From positions 2,144,001 to 2,208,000 of the forward strand of contig OZ241869.1 in the NCBI GenBank assembly GCA_965202805.1: a stretch of DNA of 64,000 nt, read 5' to 3'. This DNA is from Longimicrobiales bacterium. Its GTDB lineage: Bacteria; Gemmatimonadota; Gemmatimonadetes; Longimicrobiales; Gaopeijiaceae. Position 1 is the first letter of the stretch. Each line of letters opens with the position of its first letter. Of the stretch, positions 9,361 through 20,806 are shown piece by piece. A model generated the notes under the pieces. The model did not search any database. It worked only from the letters and a program-made list of their open reading frames with translations, and was not told the DNA's origin. A program made the translations under genes and the position numbers.

Positions 9361-10629
9361 ATGCACAAGATCAGACTTGCGGGCGTTTCGCGCCGCGTGG
9401 TCCAGGTCGCCGCCGTGGCTGTTCTCGGCCTGACCGGCTGCGATCTGGAAGTCACCAATCCGGGCCCCGTGCAGGACGAGTTCCTGAACGACACGCAGGC
9501 ATTCCCGTCCGTCCTCCAGGGGGTCAGGCGCGCGTCCGCTCTGGCCTACACGCGGCTGGCCTACGACTCGGGGCTGACGAGTTTCGAGGGAACGCCGGGA
9601 GGGCTCGTCGACTCGGAGTTCTACAACGGAAAGCTCACCTCCGAGAACGTGGACGATCACTGGGACCGGGCACAGCAGGCGCGCTGGATGGCGGAGGACG
9701 GCGTGCGCCGGCTGCGCGAAGCCCTGGAGGGCGAGTTCAGTTCCAACCAGATCGCCGGAAGGCTTCTGGTTCTGTCCGGCTATGCGAACCGCACGCTCGG
9801 CCACAACATGTGCGTCGCGGTGTTCGATGGAGGGCCGGAACTGCCATCCAGCGACTTCCTGAACCGGGCGGAGGAGTACTTCACCGAGGCGATCAGCGTC
9901 GGCAACGCCTCCGGGGCCTCCGACATCGCGCTCGCCGCCCAGGCCGGGCGCGCGGACGTGCGCATGTGGCTCGGAGACTGGAGCGGCGCCCGCAGCGACG
10001 CGTCGGGCATCCCCACGGACTTCGTGTACCAGCTCCACCACTACGATCTGGACGATTTCCCGGACCCCAACGAGGTCTACTTCCGCGGGGCGTCGGATCC
10101 GTGGCGCGAATACACGATCTGGGGCACCTTCGCAGAGGGTTACTACACGGAAACCGGGGATCCACGAATGGCGTGGAACGAGATCCCGGACGCCGTCACC
10201 ATGGTGTACAACCTGCCCTTCTACGTTCAGCAGAAGTTCACGAGCAAGACATCGCCGCACACGCTTGCATCGGGACGGGAGATGCTCCTGATTCAGGCGG
10301 AGGAGATCCTGGTCAACAGCCCCGGCAACTTCCAGGGGGCGATGGACATCATAAACCAGGTCCGCACCAGCGTCGTGAGCGACCATACGGGCGAGGCCCT
10401 GCCTCCCGCGACCGCCGCCAATGTGAACGAGGCGTGGACCGCGCTCAAGCAGGAGCGGCGCGTGGAGCTGTGGTTCGACAACCGCCGCTTCGCCGACCTG
10501 CGCCGCTGGGACAACGAAGGACGCCCCGGATCGACGCCCATGGAGGACATGTCGGGCCGCAGCCGCTGCTTCCCGGTGGGCGTGACCGAGGTCGACACCA
10601 ACTCGAACCCGCTCAACCGCGTGAGCTAG
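9361..10629 (+). CDS. SusD/RagB-like lipoprotein
   Basis: Directly follows the SusC gene; GGAGG RBS; lipobox LTGC then DLEVTNPG; EMLLIQAE; ERRVELWFDNRRFADLRRW. Confidence 0.87.
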   Translation: MHKIRLAGVSRRVVQVAAVAVLGLTGCDLEVTNPGPVQDEFLNDTQAFPSVLQGVRRASALAYTRLAYDSGLTSFEGTPGGLVDSEFYNGKLTSENVDDHWDRAQQARWMAEDGVRRLREALEGEFSSNQIAGRLLVLSGYANRTLGHNMCVAVFDGGPELPSSDFLNRAEEYFTEAISVGNASGASDIALAAQAGRADVRMWLGDWSGARSDASGIPTDFVYQLHHYDLDDFPDPNEVYFRGASDPWREYTIWGTFAEGYYTETGDPRMAWNEIPDAVTMVYNLPFYVQQKFTSKTSPHTLASGREMLLIQAEEILVNSPGNFQGAMDIINQVRTSVVSDHTGEALPPATAANVNEAWTALKQERRVELWFDNRRFADLRRWDNEGRPGSTPMEDMSGRSRCFPVGVTEVDTNSNPLNRVS

Positions 10630-10667
10630 CAAGCCGAGGCGCGGGGGAGCCCGCCGGGAGGTCTCTG

Positions 10668-11945
10668 GTGCAGACAGGTGCGGTCGATGCCGCTCAGGAC
10701 GTCATCTTCGACTGGAACCAGTTGCACAAGCGGGCTCCCCTCGCACCCGGTCGCTTCGAACTTGTCGACGAGACCCTGAGGGACGGCCTTCAGTCCCCTT
10801 CGGTCACCGACCCCACCATCGAGCAGAAGGTCGAGCTCATCCACCTCATGGAGGACCTCGGCATCCGGATGGCGGATGTGGGGCTTCCCGGGGCGGGCAA
10901 GCGCGCGCAGGACGACGTCCGGGCGCTGGTCGAGGAAATCCGCGACAGCCGGATGAAGCTCCAGCCCATGTGCGCCGCGCGCACCATGGTTCGCGACGTG
11001 GAGCCGATCGCCGACATCGCCCAGAAGACGGGCATGCCCATCGAGGTCTACGCCTTCATCGGCTCGAGTCCCATCCGACTCTACGTCGAGTCCTGGACCG
11101 TCGACACGCTTCTGCGCCGCATCGAAGAGACCGTGACCTTCGCCATGCGCGAAGGACTCGACGTCTGCATCGTGACCGAGGACACCACGCGCTCGCGGCC
11201 GGACGTGCTGGATCCGCTCTTCCGACAGGCGGTGCGGATGGGGGTGCGCAGACTTTGCCTCTGTGACACGGTGGGACACGTTACCCCCGACGGAATGAAG
11301 AACCTCTTCGACTGGACCCAGTCGCTGATCCGCGGCATGGGCGAGCCGGTCGAACTGGACTGGCACGGCCACAACGACCGCGGCCTGGGCGTCACCAACG
11401 CCATTCTGGCCATCGAGTACGGCGCCACCCGGGCCCACGGCACCGGATTGGGCGTGGGCGAGCGTGTCGGGAACGCCTCCATCGACCAGATGCTGCTCAA
11501 CCTCAAGCTGCTGGACGAGTGGGACCACGATCTGTCGAAGCTCGGCCGCTACTGCCAGGCGGTGGCACGCTATTGCCGAGTGGACATCCATCCCAGCTAC
11601 CCCATGGCCGGACGCGACGCCTTCCGCACGGGCACCGGGGTGCACGCCGCAGCGATCATCAAGGCGCTCAAGCGAGGTGACCGGAAGCTGGCCGACCGGG
11701 TGTATTCGGGCGTGCCCGCCAATTGGTTCGGCCGCGGGCAGGAGATCGAGATCGGCCACATGAGCGGGCTGTCCAACGTCAGTTACTGGCTCGCCTCGCG
11801 TCGCATTCCCGCCGACGACGAGCTGCGCTCGGCGATTCTGACCCGTGCGAAATCGTCCAATCGCATCCTCACCGACGAGGAGATCATGGAGATCGTCCGG
11901 GCGCATCGGGGCGACCCGGTGGAGGAGGCGATCGCCGAGGGCTGA
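10668..11945 (+). CDS. 2-isopropylmalate/homocitrate/citramalate synthase-like DRE-TIM enzyme without regulatory domain
   Basis: GGAGG RBS before GTG; DETLRDGLQ, CDTVG, HGHNDRGLG, GERVGNA; about 425 aa with no LeuA C-terminal allosteric domain. Confidence 0.85.
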   Translation: MQTGAVDAAQDVIFDWNQLHKRAPLAPGRFELVDETLRDGLQSPSVTDPTIEQKVELIHLMEDLGIRMADVGLPGAGKRAQDDVRALVEEIRDSRMKLQPMCAARTMVRDVEPIADIAQKTGMPIEVYAFIGSSPIRLYVESWTVDTLLRRIEETVTFAMREGLDVCIVTEDTTRSRPDVLDPLFRQAVRMGVRRLCLCDTVGHVTPDGMKNLFDWTQSLIRGMGEPVELDWHGHNDRGLGVTNAILAIEYGATRAHGTGLGVGERVGNASIDQMLLNLKLLDEWDHDLSKLGRYCQAVARYCRVDIHPSYPMAGRDAFRTGTGVHAAAIIKALKRGDRKLADRVYSGVPANWFGRGQEIEIGHMSGLSNVSYWLASRRIPADDELRSAILTRAKSSNRILTDEEIMEIVRAHRGDPVEEAIAEG

Positions 11946-12042
11946 GGACAGCGACGAACTTCCCTCGACACTCGAAGCGGATTCGTTCCGCGAACTGCCG
12001 AGGACCCGGCAGAGATAGCGGCGGCGCTTCGCGCTGACGAAG

Positions 12043-12522
12043 CTACCTGATCAACCGCAGCGTCCACCCCGTCATGAATTCCGTGATGGGCCCGCCGCCG
12101 GTTCCGGCTGGTTCTCCCTCGATCGACAGGAGCAGCCCCAGGCCGAGCGCGGCGCCGACGCCCACTGCAGCCCAGGTGCGGGTCGGGTTCAGCTCCCTGC
12201 GGGAGATGGCCTCGATGTCGGGGATCGCGAGAGAGACCGGATCCGTCGCCGCCGATCCCAGTTCCGGCAGCAGGTTCAGCCGTCCACCGTCCAGGTCGAC
12301 CACGGTACCCTCGACCTGCGTTCTCCTCTCCAGTTGCGGGGGGAGCCGGTCGACGGCCTGCTCGAACACGCGCAGCCGCACCGCTTCCCCGGGCGCCACG
12401 CTCTCCACCCCCACCTGGGTATAGCTGTAGCAGGCGCTGACGAGCGGAAGCACGAGGAACACCCGGAGTCGGCGAAATCGGCTCCGGCATCGGGAGGGCT
12501 GGAGCGGGTTCCCGTGTTTCAT
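12043..12522 (-). CDS. Hypothetical lipoprotein (resembles 22620-23129)
   Basis: Lipobox LVSAC-YSY; beta-rich core; C-terminal hydrophobic segment. Start inferred at MKHGN. Confidence 0.7.
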   Translation of the reverse strand: MKHGNPLQPSRCRSRFRRLRVFLVLPLVSACYSYTQVGVESVAPGEAVRLRVFEQAVDRLPPQLERRTQVEGTVVDLDGGRLNLLPELGSAATDPVSLAIPDIEAISRRELNPTRTWAAVGVGAALGLGLLLSIEGEPAGTGGGPITEFMTGWTLRLIR

Positions 12523-12770
12523 GGGCGAACACCTGGGCGAGGGCTGCGGGACGAAACGGGAGACAGCGCGTCCCCCAAGGCAAACGGGTCCCCCAAGGTA
12601 ATAGCGTGGCTGACGGAAGTAACGTTGGCCATCGAAGGCAGTGCACTCAGGCAGACAACGCTTCATTGGCGATGACTGTCCATGAGAGTGCGCGACACCG
12701 TTCCGGTCTCGCCGGCCGGCCTGACGCCGCCGGCCCTCCGACACCACGCCCGAGAGGAGCTGATCCCAGG

Positions 12771-13163
12771 ATGTCCCGACTCATCGCCCTTGTCCTCGCC
12801 CTCACGCTGGCCTCCGTTCCCGCCACTCCGGCGGCGGCCCAGACTGCCTCCGACTTCTCCGCCGTGCTCGGCGCATGGGAGATGACCCTCGAGACACCAC
12901 GCGGCAGCATGACCCAGACGCTGACCTTCGTCGCCGACGGCGACGAGCTGACGGGCTCGGCCATGGCTCCCAACGGGACCATCCAGCTTCAGAACGTCGC
13001 CTTCGAGGATGGGCGGGTCAGCTTCGAGGTGACGCGCAGCTTCCGCAATCGCGAGATCACCCAGAGCTACAGCGCCACCATTGAGGGCGGCCAGATGACG
13101 GGCACGGTTTCGGGGCCCCGCGGCGGCCCGCGGGAGTTCACAGCCGTGCGGCCGACCACCTGA
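12771..13163 (+). CDS. Small secreted beta-rich hypothetical protein
   Basis: GAGGAG RBS; signal peptide ending AAA-Q; GAWEMTLETPRG...LTGS...FTAVR. Confidence 0.75.
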   Translation: MSRLIALVLALTLASVPATPAAAQTASDFSAVLGAWEMTLETPRGSMTQTLTFVADGDELTGSAMAPNGTIQLQNVAFEDGRVSFEVTRSFRNREITQSYSATIEGGQMTGTVSGPRGGPREFTAVRPTT

Positions 13164-13286
13164 CCGCACCCGGACGCGCGCGACCGCCCGTTTCGCGTTA
13201 GCATCCCTTCCACCACATCGGCCCGCCGCGCCGTGCCGGCGGCGGCCGGCGAGAGCGACCGGGATGCACACATGCGGGAGGAGACC

Positions 13287-14575
13287 ATGGCCGGGTTGTC
13301 GCGACGCGCGTTCGTGGGGACAGGCGCGGCCGGCGTGGCCGGCGCCTGGTTGGCGGGGTGCGAACAGAACGCGCCGCGGACCGACGACAGCGCACCCCCG
13401 GGGCCACCGGACGACGCCCCCCTGGCCCGACCGGACGGGGTCGACGACCCCGCATGGGCCCATGTGCGGGCGGCCTTCAGCCTCGAGGCCGGCACGGCCT
13501 ACATGAACAACGCCGGCCTGGGCATGCCCCCCGCGAGCGTCGCGCGCGCCGTCGCCGACGGATACCAGGCGGTCTCGCGCGCACCCCGGCGGGCCACCGG
13601 CGAGCTCGGCGAACTCGTCGCCGGGCGGGTCCGTCCCGGCCTCGCGGCCTTCCTGGGAGCCGACGAGGGCGAGCTCTCCCTGACCCGCAACGCCACCGAG
13701 GCGCTCCACCTCAGCGCCGCCGGCTTCGACCTGCGCCCCGGCGACGAAGTCGTCTTCACCACCCAGGAGCACCCGGCCGGCCGCCGCCCCTGGCAACTGC
13801 GCGCCGCCCGCGACGGGGTCGTGACCCGCGAGGTGTTCATCCCCAGCCCGCTCCCCGGTGGGGACCAGGTGGTCGAGGCCTTCGAGGCCGCGCTCACCCC
13901 CCGCACCCGGGTGCTCGCCTTCTGCCACGTCACCCGCGGCGGCCACCTCTATCCGGTCGGCAGGCTGGCGGCCCTCGCGCGCGAACGAGACATCCTCACC
14001 CACGTGGACGGCGCGCAGGCGGTGGGCATGTTCCCGATCGACCTCCACGCCCTGGGGTGCGACACCTACTCGGCCAGCCTGCACAAGTGGTTCCTGGGCC
14101 CCATGGGCACTGGTTTTTTGTACGTGCGTGCGAGCGCGCGCGAGCGCATCCGCTCCGCCTTCGCCTACGACGCCACGCCCGACAACCCCGCGTTCGAGCC
14201 CCCCGGCACCAACGATGTGCCGGTCCGCGCCGCTCTGGCCGCCTCCCTCGCGTTCATGGAACAGGTCGGCATCGACCGCGTCGAGGCCCGCACGCGCTTC
14301 CTGTCCGATTACCTCAAGGAGCGCCTCGCCGGGCTGCCGGGAGCCCGCCTCGTCAGCGGTGCGACCCGCGAAACCAGCGGTCCCGCGTCGACCATCTTCG
14401 AGCTGGAGGGCGTCGACGCCGTCGCCTCGGTGCCGGTCATTGCCGAGCGCGCCTCCATCCACATCGACGAACATCGCCGCGACGGCCACGAAGCCATCCG
14501 CGTTTCCACGCACGTGTACAACACCACGGCGGAGATCGACCGCCTCGTCGAAGCGCTCGCGGGCATCCGCCCGGC

Positions 14576-14579
<4 letters not shown>
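13287..14579 (+). CDS. Class-V PLP aminotransferase (cysteine desulfurase/isopenicillin N epimerase-like) with Tat lipoprotein signal
   Basis: GGAGGAG RBS; SRRAFVG Tat motif and LAGC lipobox; YMNNAG, TRNATEAL, EHP, VDGAQ, SASLHKW (PLP Lys), IRVSTHVYNT. Confidence 0.87.
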
Positions 14580-16510
<1,931 letters not shown>

Positions 16511-16669
16511 TGGCGAAGCCCGGGGTTTCGCTGTAGAATCAAGGCTGCGGGGTTGTCTCCGTCCGGTATGGGGTGTGTCCCGCAGGGACGGGCCCGGCGG
16601 CGGAGGGTTTTCGAGGATACCGCACTCGTCGCGCACGGGCGGGTCAGGCAGAGAAGCGGGGACGACGGC

Positions 16670-19213
16670 ATGAAATTATTCGCATCGATTGCGTTCGTGG
16701 CGGGCATCTGGATCGCGGCTGCCGGCACGGGCGATTCCGGACGCGCCCTCTCGACGTTCCATCCCGGAGATGCCGATGATGGGGCCGCGCAAGTCCCGGC
16801 GCACAACACGTCAGGACCGGCCGGCGAAGCCCTCTCTCCAGCTCCGGCCGCGAACGCGCCCGTTGCCGCTCATCTGCCCGCCGCCAACCTCGCCAACGTC
16901 GTTCAGCGCTACTGCCAGGTCTGCCACAACGACGCGCTCCTCACCGGCAACCTCTCCCTCGCCGGCTTCGACATCGACAACCTGGCCGCGCGCGCCGAGA
17001 CCGTGGAGAAGATGATCCTCAAGCTGCGCGCGGGGATGATGCCCCCACCGGGGATGCCCCGCCCTGTCGGCGACACGCTGGAGCTGCTGGTCACCACGCT
17101 CGAGGATCGCATGGACGCCGCCTTCGCGGCCGACCCCAATCCCGGAACCCGTTCCTTCCAGCGCCTGAACCGCGCCGAGTACGAACGCTCGGTCAAGGAC
17201 CTGCTCGATCTCGACATCGACGCCGGCGAGTACCTCCCGCTCGATACCAAGAGCGCGAACTTCGACAACATCGCCGACGCACAGATGCTCTCGCCCACCT
17301 TGCTGGAAGCCTACCTGAACGGGGCGAGCGACATCGCGCGGATGGCGCTGGGCGACGCGGCCGCCACTGCGAGCGAGACCCAGTACCAGGTCTCCCGCTG
17401 GGCTTCGCAGACCGAGCGGGTCGAAGGCGCCCCCTATGGAACGCGCGGCGGCCTCAGCGTCGAGCACAACTTCCCGGCCGACGGTGAATACGTCTTCCGG
17501 GTCTCGTTCCACCACGAAACCACCGGCACCCTGGTCGGCAACGGGCGCAACGCTCTGCACACCGACGAGTCCCCGGAGCAACTCGAGATCTCCATCGACG
17601 GCGAACGGGTGGCGGTCCTCGAACTCGACCGCTGGATGCACGTCTCCGATCCGAACGGCGTCGAGATGCGCACCGAACCGGTTTTCGTGCGCTCCGGCAA
17701 CCACCGGGTGACCGCGGCCTTCCTGAAGCACGCGGAAGGCCCGGTCCAGGACCTCATCTCCCCGCACGACTGGTCGCTCGCGAGCACCGCCATCGCCGGC
17801 ACCTACGGCCTGCTGGCGCTGCCGCACCTGCGCGACCTGGTCATCGGCGGCCCCTTCAACCCCACCGGGGTGTCGGAGACCGCCAGCCGCCGGGCCATCT
17901 TCACCTGCCGGCCCACGGACCCTTCGGAAGAGACCGCCTGCGCGACCGAGATCATCTCCCGCCTGGGGCAGAAGGCGTTCCGGCGGCCGCTGGTCGACGA
18001 GGACATGACCGCGCTGATGGCGTTCTTCCGCACCGGCGCCGAGGAGGGCGGTTTCGAGGCGGGCATCGGTACCGCGCTCGAAGCCATGCTCGCGAGCCCG
18101 CATTTCGTCTTCCGCTTCGAGGAACCGCCTGCGAACACCGCTGCCGACCAGGGATATCGGATCCGCGACATCGACCTCGCCGCGCGCCTCTCCTTCTTCC
18201 TGTGGGGCACCTCGCCGGACGAGGAACTGACGGAGCTGGCCGTGGATGGCCGGCTGTCGGATCCGGCGGTGCTCGACGCCCAGGTGACGCGCATGCTCGG
18301 CGATCCGCGCGCCGAGGCGCTGGGGACGCGCTTTGCGGCTCAGTGGCTGCGGCTCCAGGACCTCGAGAAGATCAATCCCGACGTCCGCCTGCAGCCCGAC
18401 TTCTACCAGCAGCTGCGCCAGTCGATGCTCCGCGAGACCGAGCTCTTCTTCTACAATCTGGTCCTGGAAGACCGCAGCGTTTTCGATCTGTACAGCGCCG
18501 ACTACACCTTCGTGGACGAACGGCTGGCGCGGCACTACGGCATCCCGGATGTGGCCGGCGACCATTTCCGGCGCGTGAACTACCCGGATGACCGCCGGCG
18601 CGGCCTCTTCGGCCACGGGAGCATCCTCACGCTGACCTCACACGCCGGCCGCACCTCCCCCGTCCTGCGCGGCAAGTGGGTCATGGAGGTGCTGCTCGGC
18701 ACGCCGCCGCCACCGCCGCCGCCGGGCGTGCCCGACCTGGAGGAGACCGAGGAATCGGAGGGCGGCCGCATGCTCACCACGCGCGAACGCATGGCGATGC
18801 ACGCCGCCAACCCGGTGTGCAACGCATGCCACCAGTTCATGGATCCGATCGGTCTCGCCCTCGACAACTTCGGGGTCTCGGGCAAGTGGCGGATTCGCGA
18901 GAACGGCATGCCCCTGGACACCCGGGGGACGTTCTACGACACGACCCCCGTCTCGACCCCGGCCGAACTGCAGCAGGCGCTGCTGAAGCGTCCCGAACCG
19001 CTGATCCGCACCTTCACCGCCAACCTGATGGCGTACGCGCTGGGGCGGCGCGTGGAGTACTACGATCAGCCGCGCGTCCGGGCCATCGTGCGCGAAGCCG
19101 AGCAACAGGACTACCGCATCTCGGCGTTCATCCGTGGCGTCATCGAAAGCGATGCCTTCCAGATGAGCGGACCCGAGCCCGCGGTCGCGGAGAGCCAGGG
19201 AGAGTCCCGATAG
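16670..19213 (+). CDS. Cassette 2 gene A: secreted di-CxxCH DUF1592-type protein
   Basis: Signal peptide; YCQVCHND; KLRAGMMPPPG; QRLNRAEY; FPADGEY; LASPHFVFR; RTSPVLRGKWV; CNACH. Confidence 0.9.
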   Translation: MKLFASIAFVAGIWIAAAGTGDSGRALSTFHPGDADDGAAQVPAHNTSGPAGEALSPAPAANAPVAAHLPAANLANVVQRYCQVCHNDALLTGNLSLAGFDIDNLAARAETVEKMILKLRAGMMPPPGMPRPVGDTLELLVTTLEDRMDAAFAADPNPGTRSFQRLNRAEYERSVKDLLDLDIDAGEYLPLDTKSANFDNIADAQMLSPTLLEAYLNGASDIARMALGDAAATASETQYQVSRWASQTERVEGAPYGTRGGLSVEHNFPADGEYVFRVSFHHETTGTLVGNGRNALHTDESPEQLEISIDGERVAVLELDRWMHVSDPNGVEMRTEPVFVRSGNHRVTAAFLKHAEGPVQDLISPHDWSLASTAIAGTYGLLALPHLRDLVIGGPFNPTGVSETASRRAIFTCRPTDPSEETACATEIISRLGQKAFRRPLVDEDMTALMAFFRTGAEEGGFEAGIGTALEAMLASPHFVFRFEEPPANTAADQGYRIRDIDLAARLSFFLWGTSPDEELTELAVDGRLSDPAVLDAQVTRMLGDPRAEALGTRFAAQWLRLQDLEKINPDVRLQPDFYQQLRQSMLRETELFFYNLVLEDRSVFDLYSADYTFVDERLARHYGIPDVAGDHFRRVNYPDDRRRGLFGHGSILTLTSHAGRTSPVLRGKWVMEVLLGTPPPPPPPGVPDLEETEESEGGRMLTTRERMAMHAANPVCNACHQFMDPIGLALDNFGVSGKWRIRENGMPLDTRGTFYDTTPVSTPAELQQALLKRPEPLIRTFTANLMAYALGRRVEYYDQPRVRAIVREAEQQDYRISAFIRGVIESDAFQMSGPEPAVAESQGESR

Positions 19214-19318
19214 CGAGAACCCAGATGATGCTCGCGTGATCGCGAGCTACGCAGCCGGCCCCGGAGGGCCGTGCGACAAGACAGCTGACCGACCGTCATA
19301 CCACGAGTGGAGATCTCG

Positions 19319-20737
19319 ATGCACTTCATTACCGGAAAGCACATCCCCCGGCGGACCTTCCTGCGCGGTATGGGCGCCACCGTGGCACTGCCCATGCTCG
19401 ACGCCATGATTCCGGCGGGCCGCACCTGGTCGAGGGCGGCCCGAAACGACGATCCCACCCGGCTCATCGCCATCGAGATCGTCCATGGGTCGGCCGGCGC
19501 CAACGAGTGGGGCGCCACCCAGAACCTCTGGTCCCCCGCCGCCACGGGGAGCGACTTCGACCTGGGCCCCAGTTCGCTCGCCCCGCTGGAGCGCTATCGC
19601 GACTACCTCACCATCTTCAGCAACACCGACGTCGCGAACGCCGAGGCCTACCAGCCCAAGGAGATCGGCGGCGACCACTTCCGGTCGAGCGCCGTCTTTC
19701 TCACGCAGGCCCATCCCAAGCAGACCGAGGCCTCCGACGTCTACGTCGGCACCTCGCTCGACCAGCTGCACGCCCAGCGCTTCGGGCAGGACACGCCGAT
19801 CCCGTCCATGCAGCTCTGCATCGAGAACGTCGATCAGGCCGGCGGGTGCGCATACGGTTACGCCTGCGTCTACACCGACACCATCAGCTGGGCCTCCCCC
19901 ACCGAGCCGCTGCCGATGATCCGCGATCCGCGCATCGCCTTCGACCAGCTCTTCGGGGCGGGCGGCACCGCGGAGGAGCGCGCCGCCCGGCGCCGCACCA
20001 GCCGCAGCATCCTGGACTGGATCGCCCGCGACGTGGCCCGGCTGAAGCAGGAGCTCCGGCCCTCGGACCGGCAGCGCATCGACCAGTACCTTGAGAACGT
20101 GCGCGAGATCGAGCGCCGCATCGAGCGCATCGAGGCCCACAACACCAGCGGAGAACCGAGGGAACTCCCCGAAGCCCCGGCCGGGGTTCCGGACTCCTTC
20201 ACCGAGCACGTCGAGACGATGTTCGACCTGCAGGCGCTGGCCTTCGCCTCCGACATGACGCGGGTCTTCTCCTTCAAGCTGGGGAGAGATGCCTCCTCGC
20301 GGGTCTATCCCGAGAGCGGCACCGACAAGCCCTTCCACCCGGCGTCGCACCACGGCGGCAATCCGCAGGGCGTCCTCGACTTCGCCACCATCAACAAGTA
20401 CCACGTGAGCATGCTGCCGTACCTCATGGACCGCCTGCGCGAGAACATGGAGGGCGACACCCATCTGCTCGACAAGACGATGATCGTCTACGGCTCGCCG
20501 ATGGCGGACGGAAACCTGCACAACCACCGCAGGTGCCCGCTGATCACCCTGGGCGGCGCCAACGGCAAGCTCCAGGGCAACCTGCATCTCAAGGCCCCCG
20601 ACGGGACGCCCATGGCCAACGTCATGCTGAGCCTGCTGCACGCGCTCGGTCACGAGGACCGGACCAGCTTCGGGGACAGCACCAGCGCATTCCCCCTGGG
20701 GATGCCGGGCATGGCGGCGGCCCAGAGCAGATCCTGA
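19319..20737 (+). CDS. Cassette 2 gene B: DUF1552 (HXXSHH) protein
   Basis: GGAG RBS; PRRTFLRG; GGDHFRSS; GGCAYGYAC; HPASHH; NLHNHRRCP. Confidence 0.9.
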   Translation: MHFITGKHIPRRTFLRGMGATVALPMLDAMIPAGRTWSRAARNDDPTRLIAIEIVHGSAGANEWGATQNLWSPAATGSDFDLGPSSLAPLERYRDYLTIFSNTDVANAEAYQPKEIGGDHFRSSAVFLTQAHPKQTEASDVYVGTSLDQLHAQRFGQDTPIPSMQLCIENVDQAGGCAYGYACVYTDTISWASPTEPLPMIRDPRIAFDQLFGAGGTAEERAARRRTSRSILDWIARDVARLKQELRPSDRQRIDQYLENVREIERRIERIEAHNTSGEPRELPEAPAGVPDSFTEHVETMFDLQALAFASDMTRVFSFKLGRDASSRVYPESGTDKPFHPASHHGGNPQGVLDFATINKYHVSMLPYLMDRLRENMEGDTHLLDKTMIVYGSPMADGNLHNHRRCPLITLGGANGKLQGNLHLKAPDGTPMANVMLSLLHALGHEDRTSFGDSTSAFPLGMPGMAAAQSRS

Positions 20738-20806
20738 GGCCCATACCTGGGGCGACCGCCCAGAGCAGGTCCTGAGAACGAGCGCATTCCGATGGAGAGG
20801 AAGGCG

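Noticed and set aside
12620..12700. Glycine-riboswitch-like words (CGAAGG...CTCAGG)
   Set aside because: The upstream GGAGAG element, supporting helices and tandem aptamer are not evident. An Infernal/Rfam scan would be needed.
13358..14575. N-terminal extensions in the ORF track (13358-16510, 9810-11945, 48820-51972, 58472-61228, 43604-45658, 41802-44705)
   Set aside because: The extensions are low-complexity Arg/Pro/Gly-rich translations, mostly overlapping other genes. Starts were reassigned using RBS, translational coupling and homology among paralogs.
16534..16539. TAGAAT as a -10 promoter box for cassette 2
   Set aside because: It is plausible, but there is no convincing -35 element and no shared motif upstream of the other cassettes.
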